From a virus (lineage: Duplodnaviria > Caudoviricetes), in IMG/VR virus record IMGVR_UViG_3300037605_000008, positions 1-31,458 of that record: DNA of 31,458 nucleotides; one strand, written 5' to 3'. The position numbers and the translations under genes were made by a program. Shown piece by piece: positions 28,874 to 31,458 of the stretch; the stretch's first letter is position 1; each line of letters opens with the position of its first letter. Under the pieces are notes generated by a model. The model was not told where the DNA came from. It saw only the letters and a program-made list of their open reading frames with translations, and searched no databases.

Positions 28874-29360
28874 TTTTCTTTTTCTTTGGTTTAAGTATAA
28901 TTATCAGTAATACCACAAGGATTAAAAAAAATCCTACCTTGAATACATCCCCAAATACTACAGATAAAACTGTTTCAATTACATTATATGCTTCTTGATC
29001 CCTTTCCTTTTTTACAGTATCATAATATGATTCATTGGTGAATTCAGAAATTTTAATTGCTGTAGTATCATTTACTTGCTGTTTTTCGCTCTTATTCCTT
29101 TTAATGGTAGTAGATGTTGTTACAGGTGCTAAAATAACTGTATCGGCCTTATTTGGGCTTGATATGATGTGTGGTATGAATTCAACCTTATCAACTTCTA
29201 TTGAATAATTATCAAAATACGAATAATCCAGATTAAAGTTATTAAATGATGTTGAATCTGATTTTGATGTTGAATCTTCTTGTGTGTTGGTATCTAGTAT
29301 TAACTTATTTGATTTACACCCTACCAAGAATAAGAGTGATAATATTAGGAAATTTTTCAT
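28845..29360 (-). CDS. Lipoprotein with C-terminal transmembrane helix (unimolecular spanin-like)
   Basis: Lipobox LVGC, S/T-rich linker, then VGFFLILVVLLIIIL followed by KPKKKK. Confidence 0.65.
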   Translation of the reverse strand: MKNFLILSLLFLVGCKSNKLILDTNTQEDSTSKSDSTSFNNFNLDYSYFDNYSIEVDKVEFIPHIISSPNKADTVILAPVTTSTTIKRNKSEKQQVNDTTAIKISEFTNESYYDTVKKERDQEAYNVIETVLSVVFGDVFKVGFFLILVVLLIIILKPKKKKNDISENKNK

Positions 29361-29692
29361 TTGTCAAAAAATATTTTATTAAAAGTTTGTTTACTCATAA
29401 TTACATATTCTCCTTTATACGTGACTTTCGAATAGATAATATTTAATTCATCTGGATTAAATGAATCCATATCTTTAATAATCTGATTGTAATTAATATT
29501 GTTCTTGGTATTCTTAGCTTGGATATTTAATTTTTGTTTCTTGTACTCAATATTTAAATCAACCTTTTGATGATCTGCTAATTTATTGATGAATCTATTG
29601 GTATATACTTTAACACCTGTTAATTCAGTAAATTCTTTTGCTAATTGCCTTTCATAGCTGTTACCCTTATTTCTACTATTTATTTTACCCAT
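29357..29692 (-). CDS. Holliday junction resolvase-like PD-(D/E)xK nuclease
   Basis: MGKINSRNKGNSYERQLAKEF...KVDL...NIQAK; start reassigned to 29692 because the longer ORF runs through the repeat array. Confidence 0.8.
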   Translation of the reverse strand: MGKINSRNKGNSYERQLAKEFTELTGVKVYTNRFINKLADHQKVDLNIEYKKQKLNIQAKNTKNNINYNQIIKDMDSFNPDELNIIYSKVTYKGEYVIMSKQTFNKIFFDK

Positions 29693-29709
29693 ATATTTAT
29701 AAATACTCT

Positions 29710-29810
29710 GTTGTGTATACCTTTCATTTGATGAATATATACAACATATAATCAAAATAAATTTCTCATTTGTGTTGTGTATACCTTTCATTTGATGTTT
29801 ATATATAAAC
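29710..29810 (-). CRISPR. CRISPR-like mini-array (repeat, 28-nt spacer, repeat)
   Basis: 36-nt GTTGTATATATTCATCAAATGAAAGGTATACACAAC (29745 to 29710) and 37-nt GTTTATATATAAACATCAAATGAAAGGTATACACAAC (29810 to 29774) share an identical 3' 24 nt and GTT...AAC ends; spacer at 29746-29773. Confidence 0.78.
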
Positions 29811-29932
29811 ATCACAATATATTATCTATTGTATATCAATTAAATAAAGGTACTTTCCGAGTGGATAAATCCCTCAGATTAAGGCTGCACAACCAGCCTA
29901 ATTGTAATAAATACAATCCTATTTTTTAAATT
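29811..29932 (-). ncRNA. tracrRNA-like structured RNA (type V-F/Cas12f-like architecture)
   Basis: Hairpin AGGCUG-GUUGUG-CAGCCU whose loop is complementary to the repeat 3' end CACAAC; stem CUGAG-GGA...UCC-A-CUCGG; anti-repeat UACCUUUAUUUAAUUGAUAUACAAU. Confidence 0.68.
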
Positions 29933-29937
29933 CAATA

Positions 29938-29968
29938 CAAAAGTATATACAAGATAAATAGAAAACAA
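29938..29968 (-). promoter_or_regulatory. Bacteroidota primary-sigma promoter driving the tracr-like RNA and array
   Basis: TTG-N20-TACTTTTG on the minus strand. Confidence 0.6.
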
Positions 29969-30003
29969 GTAAACGCAAGAATTAATTATATAAGCTATTT
30001 AAC

Positions 30004-31332
30004 TTATATATCCAATGATATATTTTCATATTCATCATTTACATAATCAATACCCAAATACTTTTGTGTGGTGTTGATATTGGAATGTCCTAAACAATTT
30101 TTTACAAATAGAATGTCTTTATTTTGATTATATATCAAATATGCAAATGTTTTTCTTGCAGTGTGTGATGTTACTACTTCAGATAGTTTAAATAATTTAA
30201 CTTTTCTATCCTTATAGATTTCTATTTTTCTGATTGAATTACCATATATATTATCTAATGCATTTGATACTGCACTTTGTTCTTTCTTTATATGTGTTAT
30301 TAAATCATTCTGATTAGTTAAATCTGGAAAATCCCAATTCAATTCTGTAGCTAATTCAAACAGATAATTTTTAATATAGGGTATTGTAACTTTTTTATTG
30401 TTCTTATACCCTATATATGAAAATCCATTGAATTTAGAATGTACATCTTTATTTGCACTTCTTTCAGCAATATTAACCAGTTTAGATTTATTGATATTAT
30501 GTTTATTCATTTCTCTAATTCTCATACCTGAAAAACATCTAAACAAAAAGTAATTGATAAATTTAATATCCTGCTTATCTGGTCTTGCTACCTTTTGCAT
30601 TTCTTCAGTAGGATCATATACATATTTATATAATGAAGATAATTCATCTTTGGTTAGATAGATGATTTCTTTTATCTCATTTTTATAATTATTGTCCTTA
30701 TTTTTAAAATATGGTATATTTTTATTATTGATATCATTATAATGTTTGATTGAAGTATTTAGACTATCAAAAAATGTTTTGATTGATGAATCTTTATTTG
30801 ATTCTACCTTTCTGCAAAATATTAATATGGCCTGTTGTATGTTATATATATTTTCTTCTAAATCTTGAATGTTAATGTGTTTATTATAGTATTTTTCAAA
30901 TCTTTCAAGTTTCTTGATATAGTACTCATAATTTTTAGAAGTATTATTTGATAAACCTAAATCAATTGTATTCTGATATTTCAGCTTAAGTAAATTAATC
31001 AATTTATCAGATTCAATTATAATATCTTTTGTTGCTATACCCTTTTTTGCTGCACTTACTACAATATCAATATCTTTATCATTTACATCAGATTTTTCTT
31101 CAATCTTGGTTAATTCATCTTCAATAAATGCTAATGTTTTATTGTACTTACTGTAGGATTTATTGGATCTTTTGATTCTTTGTTGTGATTGATCCCATTC
31201 ATCAATGGTACAGGAAATACCCAATCCTTTCACCTTGTACTTTTTCAAAGATTTCAGGTAATAACGGAGTACAATAGAATTTGAATCTTTAGAACCTTTC
31301 TTTTTGTCCTTAATGAAGAAAATAGTTTTCAT
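30004..31332 (-). CDS. int: Tyrosine recombinase / phage integrase
   Basis: FSGMRIRE (R), SHTARKTF (HxxR), LGHS (H), TQKY (Y); N-terminal arm-binding-like domain LGISCTIDEWD. Confidence 0.95.
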   Translation of the reverse strand: MKTIFFIKDKKKGSKDSNSIVLRYYLKSLKKYKVKGLGISCTIDEWDQSQQRIKRSNKSYSKYNKTLAFIEDELTKIEEKSDVNDKDIDIVVSAAKKGIATKDIIIESDKLINLLKLKYQNTIDLGLSNNTSKNYEYYIKKLERFEKYYNKHINIQDLEENIYNIQQAILIFCRKVESNKDSSIKTFFDSLNTSIKHYNDINNKNIPYFKNKDNNYKNEIKEIIYLTKDELSSLYKYVYDPTEEMQKVARPDKQDIKFINYFLFRCFSGMRIREMNKHNINKSKLVNIAERSANKDVHSKFNGFSYIGYKNNKKVTIPYIKNYLFELATELNWDFPDLTNQNDLITHIKKEQSAVSNALDNIYGNSIRKIEIYKDRKVKLFKLSEVVTSHTARKTFAYLIYNQNKDILFVKNCLGHSNINTTQKYLGIDYVNDEYENISLDI

Positions 31333-31354
31333 AGCTGTATTTGGTCTGATTTTG

Positions 31355-31386
31355 TATTACACAAATGTAATAAAAGGTGTAATAAA
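31355..31386. repeat. Candidate integrase arm-type sites, right end, overlapping the int -7 promoter element
   Basis: TATTACAC at 31355-31362, TGTAATAAAA at 31366-31375 and GGTGTAATAAA at 31376-31386; TACATTTG on the minus strand at 31362-31369. Confidence 0.55.
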
Positions 31387-31458
31387 TGCTATTGAAAACT
31401 CTGAAAAAGGTGCTTTAAAACTGCTTTAAATGATATTTCTTGATATTTATACTTTGGA

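Larger units (their letters stand above)
1..31458. mobile_element. Temperate HK97-like siphovirus/prophage of Bacteroidota, near-complete
   Basis: Full head, tail, lysis and integrase gene set; shared motif at both ends; no host housekeeping genes. Confidence 0.92.

Noticed and set aside
27885-29446. Plus-strand ORFs 27885..28091, 28807..28998 and 29246..29446
   Set aside because: They overlap the cos-like region and terminator, or lie antisense to real genes; implausible composition.
29693-29815. N-terminal 41 aa of ORF 29357..29815
   Set aside because: It runs through the repeat-spacer-repeat; the resolvase-like motif begins at MGKINSR (29692).
29850-29920. tRNA fragment or attP core downstream of int
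   Set aside because: No cloverleaf or T-loop GTTCGA/GTTCAA motif; att-like motifs are instead at the window ends.
29710-29930. Type VI-B (Cas13b) or type II-C reading of the array
   Set aside because: The repeat resembles both in length and ends, and the plus strand has an AAGG..TCCG nexus-like string. However, Cas13b needs no tracrRNA, and the promoter, G-U pairing and loop-to-repeat-end complementarity favour a minus-strand type V layout. Downgraded, not excluded.

Overview
The window is an AT-rich, apparently complete ~31.5 kb temperate siphovirus or prophage. The host is most likely Bacteroidota, judging by TAnnTTTG promoters, the integrase N-terminus and the tail genes. It carries an HK97-type head module, a non-contractile tail module with a -1 frameshifted chaperone, dispersed lysis genes (holin, M15 endolysin, u-spanin-like lipoprotein) and a tyrosine integrase. 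It also has a stand-alone PolA/T7-superfamily polymerase-like protein and a small sigma-like factor, with six matching GTCACA-N15/16-ATAA putative late promoters. The most striking element lies just downstream of the integrase on the minus strand (about 29968 to 29710). It consists of a host-type promoter, a structured RNA with the architecture of a type V-F (Cas12f/Cas14a-like) tracrRNA, and a repeat-spacer-repeat mini-array. No cas gene is recognisable in the window. The spacer partly matches the phage's own integrase gene next to a T-rich flank. All calls come from reading motifs by eye; no searches were run.
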